A DNA stretch of 63,814 bases, filler included, from Phoronis australis (Eukaryota > Animalia > Phoronida), in the NCBI GenBank assembly GCA_002633005.1. It is 5 parts of 5 records of this genome, joined end to end, with 100 filler letters (N's around TTAATTAATTAA, not from the genome) between each part and the next. Parts side by side here need not be neighbours in the genome. Positions count along the whole stretch, not along the records: positions 1 to 27,991 come from NMRA01000030.1; 4 more parts are not named here. One strand, given 5' to 3'. The translations under genes and the position numbers were made by a program. This document shows positions 1 to 12,900 of this stretch, one piece after another. The first letter of the stretch is position 1. The number at the start of each line of letters is the position of its first letter. The notes beneath the pieces were generated by a model, which worked only from the letters and a program-made list of their open reading frames with translations, had not been told where the DNA came from and did not search any database.

Positions 1-540
1 AAAATAAAACCGAAAAAAATTGGTTCGACCCATATTGGTTCCTAGGTTCGACCCGCCTACGTAAGGAACTAAACACCAATGCTATTTTAACATACTAAGT
101 ACGCGTAACATTCCAAAAAAATCAACGACCACTAACTACAAACTATAAATATACTACATATGCAAACGAATCACGATATATTACTAATAAAACAAAATAA
201 TGAAGACTTTTCGAGCAAGCCATAGCACATTCAGTTACAAGGAAAAATGGTGGCGTTAGGACAAGTTCCTGAACTGATGAGCCGGAAATGTGGTTACGGA
301 AATAACCGATGACAACCGGTAATAATACGCTCAGAGAAAAGGGTCAAATACTGTTAAAAAATCGCTTGTGGCAAGAAAGGCGAAAAGAATATAAAGAAAG
401 GGTGTCGAAAATAAGAATTTATGTAGTAAGTATTTTCGGATACTAGAACCACATGGGCAGTTTGCAAGAAGGACTTTAAGATTGTCCAATCTGGCGTGTA
501 GCTCGTGTACCAATTACTGATTACCTCAAATTATGCATAC

Positions 541-697
541 CTCTCAAATTCATCATTGTCAGCAGTTCTGTATGTAAATGGTTCTATGGGACTGTTGGAG
601 GACATGGCAACAATGGTGCACCTTACAAACCCTCTGTTGCCCGTGGCAAAGTAGGTTGGATCTGTGAGAGGCGCCCATTTACACACATATTGGTGAC
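541..697 (-). CDS. OTOF: Otoferlin-like exon (C2B end / FerI start)
   Basis: tttcag|GT...AG|gtatgc; HQYVCKWAPLTDPTYFATGNRGFVRCTIVAMSS...DNDEFE, resembling ferlin HQFxxKWAxLxDP...KGYVKC. Confidence 0.9.
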
Positions 698-3600
698 CTG
701 AAAACCACAAATAGAGCCAGGTTGGCAATTAGTTAGGGTGCAACGATCATTCGAATAGAAATCAAATAACGATGAAGAATCAACAACGCTCATTTCAAAT
801 CGATATTTAGTTGACATTTTCACACGTTTCTTCAAAGTTATGACTTATTTGTATCTTTTGAAATGCATTTTTGGGATACTGCACTAATAAACAGTCCAGG
901 CTCATTCACATCTAACACTTTTGTTGTTAAAATTCCCACGCGTTGCAAGTTAACCAGTTATATTTGCCAAATACACATAAAATGAAAAAAAATGAATTAC
1001 TCCTAAATATAATTGAATTGGATCAAATTGTTGAATTTTTACTGTGCTAACACAGGTAATTAGAAGGTAAAGTAGGAGATGATGATGAAGAGTATTTAGT
1101 TGCAGCTTTATTTTGGACATCATACACCTGTACCATGAAACAACCACACCATACGTAGTTGCCAACATTCATTGTACACTGGCGGGTCGGGGCACTGGGT
1201 CGTGTTTCATCATGATACGTCAAGCGGCTTTTGAGACAGTCGAAGGACAAACAAAAGAATCGACGAACGGTTTATATACAGTACGTCCACAAAATCTTTG
1301 GTGGACGCATAAAATGTAAACAGGGGATGCCACAGTTTTTTAATCAAAAATGACTGATGTTAGTGCATTACTGGTATAAAAATCATGCGCTAAATTTCGT
1401 CATGATCCGTCAAAGATGGGCGGTTTTGGTAAAAATTGAGCAAAGGTAAGGACAGATTGACGACAGATGGACCACATACTGACTTTATGAGATTACATAT
1501 ATCTAGTAGTCAAATACAACAGCTTTAAACTCTTTGTCCCTGTCAACACGCAGTTTAGCTCAGTATAGTCCTGCAAGCATGTCACTTAACAACGAGAAAT
1601 AGTGTTCTCAGCAACAAAAACATCTCTAGCACAGACTACCTTTCTCTGCCCACACGTAACTGACGTCTAGTTTGTGCACACCCAGTGTCTTCCCCAGCTG
1701 AAAGTAGTTCTTCGTCACGCCCTGGACGTTCATGAATTTGTTGGAGTTGACAACCTGAAGTATTTGAAGAAGCAATTCAAAGGAGTTCCACCAGTATATA
1801 TGTTAAAGCATCGTATTACTGACAATAATGTAAATGCCTGCTGATCTTCGTCTACTACCACAGTACAACCACTCCTTGCACCTGGGGCATAACTAAATAA
1901 TGAGACTAAAAAAGTTGTCCTCATTCCGTGATTCTTAGTAAATCGTTGTCAAACTTGTTACCTTATGCAGTAATTTGAATTACTCTGTGCAGCATATTTT
2001 ACAAGGATTGTGTCTAAGCTTTCTTGGTCTATATACACCAACCTCTAGCCTGTTAAAAGTGTCATTGATTGCGAGTTGATGTAAAAAGTCGAGAAGCAGT
2101 CATTTACTTCAATGTGAGGGTAAAATGGAATATTCCCTGATATTGATATTCTATTGTACTGACACTTTTGATAGCTTTAGACTAAAGGATTATCTCATCC
2201 CATAGACTCTGTGTACAGTGTTACGTACGTGTATTGCAGTCATGTGAACAAGTAATGCGCCAGTTCTCCCAATATTGTATTAAACCAAGTTGTGCTTGGT
2301 TTGCGGCATTGCAATGACTTGATTGGACGGGAGCAAGATTGAGTGATCATATTCGGTGGCCGAAACGGCATCTAAATTGTGAACTAGAGCTGGGTTGGTC
2401 GGGCTTATGCGTGCAGTGCAGTTCGGCCGCCTTTCATGACAGAAGTCACAAAACACAATCTCGTGAACAGCTAGAAGACAATCATTTTGGGTAGTAACCA
2501 GATGCCATCACCATTGCCCATGTCCCAGCAGTGGAAATTGTTGACAAGTTAACTGAGAGTGCGGCAAAAATATCCGAGCACCAAAAAGCTAATTCGATAA
2601 AACTAAGACAGTTTAATGAAACAATTTTATAGATTCGAGCACTTCCTATGCTAAAGTTATGAGCAGTTTTTGCAATGTGTTTCTCAAGCAGTCGACAGGC
2701 AATCAGCTAAAGCCCAGTTAGTAATGCTCAATTGACTCAGTGTATGATTGAAATTCCCTAAAGAATTTGGAGTTAAGGATGTTCTAACTAACATGGGTAA
2801 ATTTGTCCACCTGGAAAGAATCTGAGAAATTAATACGCCAGCATAAAAGTGGGTAGCACGTAATGTTCTAGGTACTTACAGCAATAGTGATCACGTAATC
2901 CATAAACATCTCCTTAGGGACTTCAAAATTGTACACGAAGTGCTGAAAATATTGAACACAAAACTAAACAGAAAGTGCAGGTTTTCGACACTATAATTCC
3001 ACATCACGAAAATTTGAAGAATTTCCACTCAAACATTGTTGCCACAACAGTGAGTTGAATTACACAATCTTCACTGAAATTTTACCCAACAGTTTCGGAG
3101 CACCTATTTAACATTCCGTATTTGATAATTTTCTAGCTACAGTACTTCCCGAGTCAATATTGAGACACCCGGCATACGCTACCCTGTCCATCACTTGTAA
3201 GTACGCGAATAGGAGCCACGTGTTCACGGTGGCATATCGGTATGGTGGTCTCACTTACCTCGTTGTAGAACGGACAGTTAGTGGACTTGTGAATGGTAGT
3301 ACACCTCTGTTGGTCACCTACACTGACTACAACAGCCGGATCAAGGTCCAGTCCAGAAAGGTTTCGTGCCTCGTGAACGGTAATCGCCACTTGGAAATGT
3401 CTTGCTTTAGGAAACGCTTTGTCTATTGTTGGCGCAAACTGTCGACTGAAATACATCAAATTCAACAGTCAATGAACAAGTGCTCTGAGCCAAAAGTTTA
3501 AAAAGTTGTATGTACTTTGATTTGGTACAACCGTGCGATAACCGCGCAAGTCGGAACAGATGCATATATNTACAGTGATTTAATGACATAAGAAACAGCA

Positions 3601-6600
3601 CAATGGGAGTGTGCTTCAACGAGCCATATATGTAGGCATACATTATCCAATGACAATTGAGCCAGAAAATACTTCCAAAAAGCAAACTGTAATGAAGTCT
3701 ATCAGCTGGTTGGGAAACACTAGAATGTCAGGATTGTTCTAAAACTCCCGCTACCCCTACACCCCACAACCCCCTCGATCCATGACCCTTCGACCCACGA
3801 CCTGTGGCAATAGAAGTATCTTTCTGCTTTTTGCACATTTCATAATCATATTACGTCGCTGAATGACTTTCCCATAAAACATACCAACACGCGAATCTTC
3901 TCTGGTGGTTAAAAACAGAAAGCGGAGTGAGGACGTGATCTGAAAGAGCGGATTGTGAGCGCACTATTATTGCCACAGAAATAGTTCCACGAGAGGCTAC
4001 CAATGGCCCTGTTCTACTAAACTTTGGGAGGGAGCACCGTAACCGTAACATTATTTCGCATTTTTATTATTTGCTTTCTGTCGTATACTCATTTGCAATA
4101 TACATGTACTCCATATAACGTTGAAAAACCTTTTTAGTGAAAAGTTTGTTTTTCAAACCGTATTTAATGATGAAATTACATTTTTGTTGCTTCCTCGCAT
4201 TCTCCCCAAAAAGCTTGAATCTGCCATTCACTGAAGAGCAGACAAGACGTCATTGCACTCTGCCGGAATGGCATTGGTAACTTTGGTAGCTCTGTGATTT
4301 GTCGAATCTTGAAAGTCTCTTACTTCCAAAAATCAGGGAAAAGCCAGTCGAGCTCACGGCCCAGCTCGTTGGCCTGCAAGTCAGCTCTTGTTCTATATTC
4401 AGATCGAGTCAAGCTTGTGTAGATTTGGTCGAGGGGGTTTTGAACCTAGGGTCAAGGGGGTCGTTGGTCGTGAATCGAGGTGGTCGTCGGTCAAGGGAGT
4501 CTTGAGTTGTGGAGGTCGAAGAGGGTTTTGAACAATCAGAATGTAATGTTTGGAAAGAAATGTTGCACTTTTGAATAGGAATGGGGACAAGAAGGTGTCA
4601 CTTTTGATTTCAGGCGTCTGTCTTACGTGAGCAGTCAACTTTACGTGGTGAAAATCTTCCATTACCCTACTCACTTCACGTGCTCCATGAAAGTAGACGG
4701 CGGATGTCTGACAAGGCCTGCTTCGTCATCGTCGTCTGAAACATACAGAATTCAATCTACTTCAACTTCCAAGGAGAGCAGTATATGTGTAAAAACATCC
4801 AAAATGTCAAACTAATTGTAACTGGTTAATTCCGAACTCGTGTTTCTACAACACTATGCACCTTCATGCGAGTGCGCATACCAGGTACACATGTACCGTA
4901 AGATATCTACAAAACTTTAGTTTTTATTTCAATAAAAGTATTAGTTTCTGAAAGTTTAATGCCTGAAGAATTTGATTGTTGACGTTATGCAATCTGAAAT
5001 CAATGGAGTTACACGACTGTGTTTTAATAGAATTCAACAAAAAATGTAAATTCGTAGTACAACAACGGTATCAATAATATGACCAAATTTCATTTGATAT
5101 CAATGTTCAACATGAAATCACAAAAATACTGTCATAGTTTAGGTGCATTTTTTAAAACAATTCCTAATAGCGTTTTGGAGAATATTGTATAAATCTTAGC
5201 ATCTGAAATGTTCGTGTAAATCAGATCAGACATTTTCAAGGTATAATTTTTATCAAAGCTAGTCAAATTTGGATTTTTTCTGCTGTCCTACATAATCTTT
5301 AAGACCAAAAATTCAAACCTTACCAAAGCTGAGTATACTTCCACCAAGTTCCCTGCGGTGAGTCACACTGAAAGACGAACCAATAGATGAATGTCTAAGA
5401 CCCATTTGTTATATAAAAATTCTCAAGATCAGATAAAATTTACATTTTGTAATTTTGTTACCAATATCATAACCTAGGGCTAGGCTCTAAAGCCAATGTA
5501 AAGGCGTGAAGATAAGCTGCACTGCCATCCACAACTTGGAATATTGCACATACTCTGTACAGTCATTTTGATAGTATGAGTGTGACTATTCTACATTTCC
5601 AGTCACTAATTGGAATATTGCACATACTCTGTACAGTCATTTTGATAGTATGAGTGTGACTATTCTACATTTCCAGACACTAATTGGAATATTGCACATA
5701 TTCTGTACAGCCATTTTGATAGTATGAGTGTGAGTATTCTACATTTCCAGACACTAATTGGAATATTGCACATATTCTGTACAGCCATTTATTCTGTAAA
5801 GCCATTGTAAAGTTGCGAGTCTGACTGATCCACACCCCCACCTACAACTTGGAACTTTGCACCATAATTTGTAAAATCACTGTGAATGTTAAGTATCACT
5901 GATCTGCACTTTCACCCGCTAATTGAAATGTAGCACCATATTCTTCACAACCACTGTGAACGTGTAAGTGCGACTGACTGCACTCTCACCCACTAGTTGG
6001 AATGTTGTACCGTATTTTTTAAAGTCATTTTGAAGGTGTAATTGAGACTTATCTAAACTTCCATCATTACTGGTTGGAATGTTGCACCATTGTAATTGTT
6101 ATGTTGTGAGTGGGATTGATCTACATTCACATCCATTAGTTGGAATGTTGCACCCTATTATGATTCTACTTCTCCATCCGTCATTTCCTGAACAAACATT
6201 ACCTGTATGTATCGCCCCACAAACTACTTCGATCAACAGACTGTTCCATTCTTTCCAGTTCTTCCACGGAGTACAATGGAAAGTCAAAACCGAGCGCATT
6301 CCAGTCGCCCACAGATCCATCTGGTGAGTGGTACGTGATCTCAAACTCGATGCAAGTCTAAACAATTATTTTCTAAAATGAATGGCTTATTACAATCAAC
6401 CTTGCGCTTAAAACATGAGAAGAGGTCATTTTTGCCCTTAGCTACGCTAAAAATAAAGGAACGTTAAAACATTAATTGAAGAATCAAGTCATTAGTATTG
6501 TTTGTCAGTATGCTTTTAGAAGACTTCAGTCCTTAGATGTTATAGTAAAAGAAACATTTTGCAGAGATGAATTTTCAAAAAAAGGATTGAAATATATATA

Positions 6601-9600
6601 CATATACGCATAATATGTATATGTATATATATCCATTAACTGTTTTCTTACAAGCATGGCTATTGAGTATCAAACGGTTCCTATTTAAAAAATGCTGTAT
6701 TTTCAACTGTCTTACGAAGCGAATTTGTCACAGAACAAAGGTCCCGGCTTGATCTCCCTGCCGGACCTTCTACTAAATTCCCTCGACATTAGGGAATCCC
6801 CCATGTTGTTTTTATTGTTTTATTTTACAACGAGAGAGGGCACACCTGTTGATAAACCAACTCCGTGAGAAATGGACGAAACGGCTGTACAGCGGCAACC
6901 TCAAGGTAGGGATTTTCGGTTCCAAAAGAATCTTTATTTAATATTATCAATTTGTCACAAGTTTCATGTATTGTAGTATGAAGAGACAAATGAAGCCAGA
7001 ACATCGATATGTCGACAGATGTTTGCAGAAAAGAAAATAGTGGGAGACTGGAAGTCGAGACCCTAAGATTTTGCCAGTAGACTCGCATCTTGTATTATAC
7101 CCCATGCGAAATATATTTACCTTCAAGAGTGTGTGATTGTTGTCCGTCATATAGTCTCTCAGAGAGATATTGCCAATCTGCATCAGCTCCTGACAGTAAA
7201 TACTGTAACCAGCCACCAACCTAGAAACATAGACTGTACTTTTAGAAATAATGTGATGCACAGCAACATGAAATATCTTGATTCACAGAGGTCACATACA
7301 TGTCCATTGTCTCATTAAAATCCGTCAATCAATAATTAAGATATCGTTAAAAAATAACTCCCTCCCCAGAATATTCTGATAATGTCCCTTGTAGAGAAAA
7401 CGACCACGAGAAGGAGCTACAGCTGTTGAAAGTGATCACAAGTCAACTCGGGTGTTGGCGTAATGCCGCCACAAACACCTTCTGTGAAGCTTCATTAAAG
7501 TCCATCGATTAATTCTCTGGAAATCATCCGGAAATGCCGCTTTGCTAAAAAAACAGCTGGAAAATTTCCTTGTGAAGTTTGAAAAAAATCACTATGGTGC
7601 GCTGCAGTGGTCGAATTTGCTTAAAACGGACTGGTGCTGGTGAGATGTCGTCACAAGTTTCACAATTCCCTAGATATCAACCAGAAACGCGTTTTCCCAA
7701 ACCTATTAAAACGCCGCACAGATTGAGCATTTGAAAATGTATACAAACGTAAAGTGTAACTAATTACCTGTTGCTGATGAATTTGTTGTAGTTGAATAGT
7801 TCAACGGAAATGCAATCTGTAGCTTCCATGGATCGTGCAATAGCCCATTCAAAGGACTGCAGTGAGATTAAAACAGTAAAAAGGCAGAAATTAAACACAG
7901 CAACCCCACAGCCCATGATAATAATGTCTTGCATTTAGCAGGCTGCAGCCAGAGATGTTTTGCAGAAACTTCCAAGCTCGCCAATACCAGGTGATGCAGT
8001 AGCTCGCCAGTTTAAAGTTGTTTGCAATCAATTGGAAAAGTAACATCGGCATGTTTACAAAGTTTTAATGCCAAGGTAACATTTTGCAAGAAGCCGACAT
8101 CGTACAGGTATCTTTCTCTCTAGCTGACAGATGTCTTAGTAGCTTGGGAACTCTTAGGAAATTGTACCGGCAATACTGACAATCAAAGAGTGGGATATAA
8201 TTTTTCAAATCTAGTACATTAAACATTTCAAATTGAAATAAAAACGGTTACCTCATTGACAAGTATGTCACCTTCGCCATTTGGGATAATCCGCGAAACA
8301 TGAGAACTGCCTGCAGAAAAATAAACTAGGCTTCAGTAGTCATTAAACAGCAACAGGTATAAAAACCTACAACTTATTACGAAGGTATCCAATACATTAT
8401 GCTGTTATGCTGTGGCCCTGATGTGATGGGACGTCAGCTACAAAACCTGGATTAGTCTGAAGTTAACAAATAATTGTCATATCTGGAAGCACATTGTCAA
8501 TGGTGAACTCACTGTCAGCCCAGAGAAAGTCAAATTTCCAAAAGTGGGCTAATTATGATGCATTACGGCATACATGTATGTTGGAAGAAGTACCATTTCC
8601 TGAGGGGACACTGTCTTAGGGTCAGATGCACTTCTGCGACATTTTTAGAAGCACAGATTTTTTCACAAACATCAGGGGTCTGAAGCTTGATCAGCTGTGG
8701 AAGTCCATCGCTACTATGAACACTGAGCTAACTCTGGGCCTAAGTTTGAATTAAAATTATTTCCGCCGGTCGCGCCGAACGAGGAAATCATCGAATCTTG
8801 TGCCGTATGCATATGCCGGTTTCATTCAGAAGTTCCACGTTGCTCCACCTCTCTGTTCGACAGGATGTACAAAACACGAAAATGTGAAGGTGCTAACTCC
8901 TTGCTCACAGTCCAATAAAACTGACCCCAAAAGTGTTCCATACCCTTGTTATGACTACCGCAGCCAGTACACCACTAGCCGTTTTTGAAACTGTTAACTA
9001 GTGTTCCGAATTAATTGGGAATTATTTGCTTTTTAACTGTTTCCTAAAACGATGTTTTAAGCTTGTTATTTTGTAGATAGTGCGAATCTCCCATAATGCG
9101 CGAGGCCCGGATACAAGTCTCTAATATCCTATTCTTATTTAAACACGGCTCAGCCTTCAAGTACTGTAACTATCGCAGTAATGTCAATACTTGCTGGATC
9201 CACTTCGGTTGCAATTGAACCTGGACATATTGACCATCAAAATCTCGTGTCTTAATTTTATATTGAACGTTGAATTTTGAATTTTCATTCAGTATTCCGG
9301 GCTTCAACACTCGAATTAAAACTGAAATTTGAATTGAAACCTGTCCACGATTCTGTTGTGGCTTTTGCGTTGTACCAGCAGCTCACATGTAGCAATAGTT
9401 GTGTGTATTTTTAAATCTAGTTGTACTGCTACGCTAATGGGGCTACGCAATTGTTTAGGGTAAAATAGGGATATAAGTCCTTTGCTCATGCGTAACCGAT
9501 GCCCGGGCCTCTTTGGAGCAAAGTCCGTCCCTGATTGAGTAGTGCACTAAACGTCTTTTCAAAAACCACCACAACCCCAACACTTGATACCTCTGTAGGA

Positions 9601-9669
9601 TAATTTGATTATCCTATCATGGCGTCCTTTGACATTTTCTAGTTTGTAAAGGTGAAATAACAAGGCCAT
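541..9669 (-). CDS. OTOF: Otoferlin-like ferlin, 5' part (C2A, linker, C2B, start of FerI region); 12 coding exons, 3' end outside window
   Basis: Exons 9591-9669, 8252-8310, 7768-7856, 7121-7220, 6203-6357, 5324-5367, 4675-4735, 4324-4392, 3259-3445, 2880-2942, 1640-1754, 541-697, all GT-AG and phase-compatible, giving one open frame. N-terminus MALLFHLYKLENVKGRHDRIIKLSYRG resembles otoferlin [27 protein letters not shown] (recalled). C2B reads FQVAITVHEARNLSGLDLDPAVVVSVG...STNCPFYNEHFVYNF. May be a paralogue rather than the strict orthologue. Confidence 0.9.
1640..1754 (-). CDS. OTOF: Otoferlin-like exon (115 nt, C2B)
   Basis: cttcag|GTT...G|gtagtc; VVNSNKFMNVQGVTKNYFQLGKTLGVHKLDVSYVWAEK(G). 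Confidence 0.87.
2880..2942 (-). CDS. OTOF: Otoferlin-like exon (63 nt, C2B)
   Basis: tttcag|CAC...GCT|gtaagt; HFVYNFEVPKEMFMDYVITIA. Confidence 0.9.
3259..3445 (-). CDS. OTOF: Otoferlin-like exon (C2B N-terminal half)
   Basis: tttcag|T...GAG|gtaagt; RQFAPTIDKAFPKARHFQVAITVHEARNLSGLDLDPAVVVSVGDQQRCTTIHKSTNCPFYNE. Confidence 0.92.
4324..4392 (-). CDS. OTOF: Otoferlin-like linker exon (69 nt)
   Basis: tatag|A...AA|gtaaga; TRADLQANELGRELDWLFPDFW(N); phase 2-2. Confidence 0.68.
4675..4735 (-). CDS. OTOF: Otoferlin-like linker exon (61 nt)
   Basis: tttcag|AC...AA|gtgagt; DDDEAGLVRHPPSTFMEHV(K). Confidence 0.72.
5324..5367 (-). CDS. OTOF: Otoferlin-like linker micro-exon (44 nt)
   Basis: tttcag|T...G|gtaagg; VTHRRELGGSILSF; bridges phase 2 to phase 1 as required. 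Confidence 0.7.
5536..6150. repeat. Intronic minisatellite, 74-bp unit, decaying 3'-ward
   Basis: TTGGAATATTGCACAT... starts at 5536, 5610, 5684, 5758, then degenerate copies. Confidence 0.9.
6203..6357 (-). CDS. OTOF: Otoferlin-like exon 5 (155 nt)
   Basis: tttag|ACT...AG|gtaatg; TCIEFEITYHSPDGSVGDWNALGFDF...LWGDTY, resembling otoferlin EVRYQATDGTVGSW. Confidence 0.88.
7121..7220 (-). CDS. OTOF: Otoferlin-like exon 4 (100 nt, C2A)
   Basis: tctag|G...AAG|gtaaat; LVAGYSIYCQELMQIGNISLRDYMTDNNHTLLK. Confidence 0.9.
7768..7856 (-). CDS. OTOF: Otoferlin-like exon 3 (89 nt, C2A)
   Basis: ctgcag|TCC...AG|gtaatt; SFEWAIARSMEATDCISVELFNYNKFISN(R). Confidence 0.9.
8252..8310 (-). CDS. OTOF: Otoferlin-like exon 2 (59 nt)
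   Basis: ctgcag|GC...GAG|gtaacc; (G)SSHVSRIIPNGEGDILVNE. Confidence 0.88.
9591..9669 (-). CDS. OTOF: Otoferlin-like coding exon 1 (79 nt)
   Basis: ATG...AGA G|gtatc; MALLFHLYKLENVKGRHDRIIKLSYR(G). Confidence 0.9.
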
Positions 9670-9844
9670 TCTTGTCGTGTCCTCGATGTGCAGTCGTCAG
9701 TGGCAGTTCTCCGGGACAGTTGTCAAACCGGCCATCATCATCTTGTCAGTAAAAACCTAAAAATGAATAAGAACACACTTGCAAGCCATGTTGACATATC
9801 TTTCACACTTGCAAACTGTCATCAATCCACTGGATGGCATCGTA

Positions 9845-9848
9845 CACA

Positions 9849-9903
<55 letters not shown>

Positions 9904-9970
9904 GCACGCACACGCACACGTCACCCACACTTAATATACATACATTCATGCACGCACACGTACGCACACG
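9845..9970. repeat. (CA)n/(GCAC)n microsatellite just upstream of the ferlin ATG
   Basis: Directly visible. Confidence 0.95.
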
Positions 9971-12900
9971 TGTGGCACAGAATATTCCGAATTTCACAAA
10001 AACATACCAAGGAACTCTAAAGATAAATAAGACACGCGAAAAAATAAATGCCCACTAGGGGACAACCGTCAATCTTATTGGTAAGAATCTCACCGCCAGG
10101 CGTTACCTTTTCTTTAAGAGCATACCTGTCTAATTCCACAAAGATCCTTCAAAGGCGGAGATACAGTCGTGGATAGCAAAAATTGCCACCAGGTCGCGCC
10201 AGAGTAGCTTGATACTGATCCCACCCAGTTAATCGTAAAAAAACAAGTTAAGCGTCTCAGGAGGAAACTTGGCACTGCAATTTTTCATTAATTTTCTGTA
10301 CGTTCTGTGTGGTATGTTCACCAGACACTAGTAGGCCTACTAACTTAAGTGGGAGAAGTCTTGACTTTAAGCGCCCCAAAATAATTAACGCCTCTGATCT
10401 TGCCTTGTCCGGCTCTTATGACGATTTCCACGATATACTTAAATCAATTCTATCTTCACTTGGAATGCGAATCGTTCCCGACCCGTCTAAGTGCATCCCT
10501 ACACTGATTGAATACATCATCTAGGAGTTGATCTTACCTTGTCGCCGGTTTACGACGATTTCCGCCGCATACTTCAATTCTTGACATTAACAATATCTTA
10601 ACTGAAGGCCAACCATTCCCTTTCTTGACCAACTGCAATTCTACGCCTCAATACTTCTCATACGTCAGAGTTTGAAGAGGTTACAATAAAAACGGCATGC
10701 ATACAAAGACAGCAAATACTATTGTTGTCGTTTTGAATAGACTCGACCCAGACGAGGCCGTACAAAAGTTATGCGCTAGGATAAAATCAAAGCAAGCAAG
10801 CAAGTAAAAACTGTATTTCAAATCAGTATGGTGAATGACAAATAAATTTAAACAAGAGTACTGAATTGGCTAGAAATTAGAAATTATGTAACAGTTAATA
10901 TAGAATGTATGCAGATAGAAAGAATACAGTTTAACTCTCTGTCTATATATACAGGTCCAACGGAACATAATATGACCAATTACAAGGTCAGAGGTGGCAT
11001 GCTGTACACATACACGTACAGTTTAGATGACAATCAAATCGAGTGCATACATTAAGATAAGGGTGCCAAGGTCATTCATCCTTTCGGCACATACTAGCTA
11101 CAATGATGACAGTTTATTATTGTTGCGTAGCGTTTTGCAACTTGAATCTTATCTCATTCGAACTCTAGCAAGCCGGCCTATTAACCATGAACGTCACTAC
11201 TCTTGTACCCTGTTGAAAATTCGCAGGATATTTCACATCGAGAACCTGTTCATTGTTCGTTGTTGTGTACTTTACTGGATTTCTTACGAAACCTACTGCC
11301 AGTTGGTCGCAGCTAATGAGCTTTATACATGGAGACACGACTGCACTTGCAAGCCAGACAGCGCGACACGCGGTCCGCCATTTTGATGATGAACGCTATG
11401 AAAACACTAAGCACGGTGGCCTTATGGAAGCCGGGGAATTTTCAAAATAAAATTTGAAATTGAAATACTAACGATGTTTTAAAATATTGGTAACATAAAG
11501 CAGTGTAAACATGTGACTCACGCATTGCTTAAACTTTCATATAAGCCATTGCAAAGACAAAATTTCTAATGCTTTGACTGAAATTCTCACGGAGTGTTGC
11601 TAGGGCCTGGGACTGAAATGTATAAAGTTTGGAAAATGGTATTTTACAGCAACGTGATTAAGCTTAAGTTATAATTGTATAGCACCTATTTTTCAGTTGT
11701 TTATAAATCGACAAGGCGATTAGCTGTCAAAGGGGGCCGGTTTCTGGCGCGCCATTGCACCACTGCGTTCCCAAAGTTTTTAGTATGGGTCTAAAAATCC
11801 CTTGACTCGACGCCACTTGATTTATTCGAACAAAAAAGATTTGAGGCATGCTCTCGTGTGAAACACTTGAACATTAAGAAGAAAAAATAATAGAAAGCCA
11901 TATGGAAATTGATCAGCATACAAACAGCAGTATGCTTGCATGTAAAGTCGTTTCATTGTGTGCAACAATTGACAAATGGAACTGTACATGTTTGTGTACA
12001 TGTGCATATTCAGAATTGAGGGCATAGGCCAGTTTGAATAAAAGTTGGGAGCAAAATTTTGCAAAACGATAGACTTACAGAAACTGATATGTTAACATTA
12101 AGTATTTCAATAAAAAAGAAGAATGTACAAATGACACCAAAACACCATGTTCTGGTTGATAATACACACATACTGTATATATCGGCTAGCATCGTGTGCC
12201 TGTAAACACCTTTGCTTGGTCACCCGAAGCCGGAAGGTCGAAGTATGCATTTGCACAGACCTAATTTCCCGAAATATGATTGTCTACTTCAAATTATACC
12301 AAGGAAAAATAATTACATCAATATGCAGATGTTTTCTTCAAAAAATGAAACGCTTGTAAGGTACGCTGAGTTGTCTCAAGGAAAATTACCAGTTAGTGAT
12401 ACGCACGTAACTTTTCTATAACTATCTAGTATTACTTGTCCTAGTACCTAATTCACCTTAGCGTGGTGAACTTGTAATTTTTACAGTTTGAAATGACATG
12501 GCCTCACGGTTTAAACAGTTGTGTCATAGACTCTGTTACAAAACAACACGACGACTGCAAAACATGTATATAAGCGGAACTAGAGTTTTAAAAGGGCGTT
12601 GGCATTATTAATTTTTCCGATATTATTTTTTACACCAATCAATGTCCTCTGTTGTCCGACCATGATGTGCAGAATCGCAGATTTTTTTCTGTCAATAACA
12701 AGCACATTGAGCATCTGATTGGCCATCCAGAACGAGAAGGACAACAAAAATGTTCACACAGAAATAACACACTGAGATACTGTAACCATTTCAAACAATA
12801 AAGTTTTGATTTATTTCAAAATATCACAATCACGCAGAAAAACCACACCGTGACAGTAAAGGGGAAATGTCTAACTAGTACAAAGTTATTGTAACGTACT

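Noticed and set aside
5536-6150. CRISPR-like periodicity
   Set aside because: Whole units repeat with no unique spacers; eukaryotic intron; no cas genes
9688-10058. HT/CV-repeat ORFs (also 18833-19132, 24755-25003)
   Set aside because: Translations of microsatellites
10085-10610. Upstream non-coding exons of the ferlin gene (minus-strand donors near 10125 and 10538)
   Set aside because: Plausible but unsupported without transcripts
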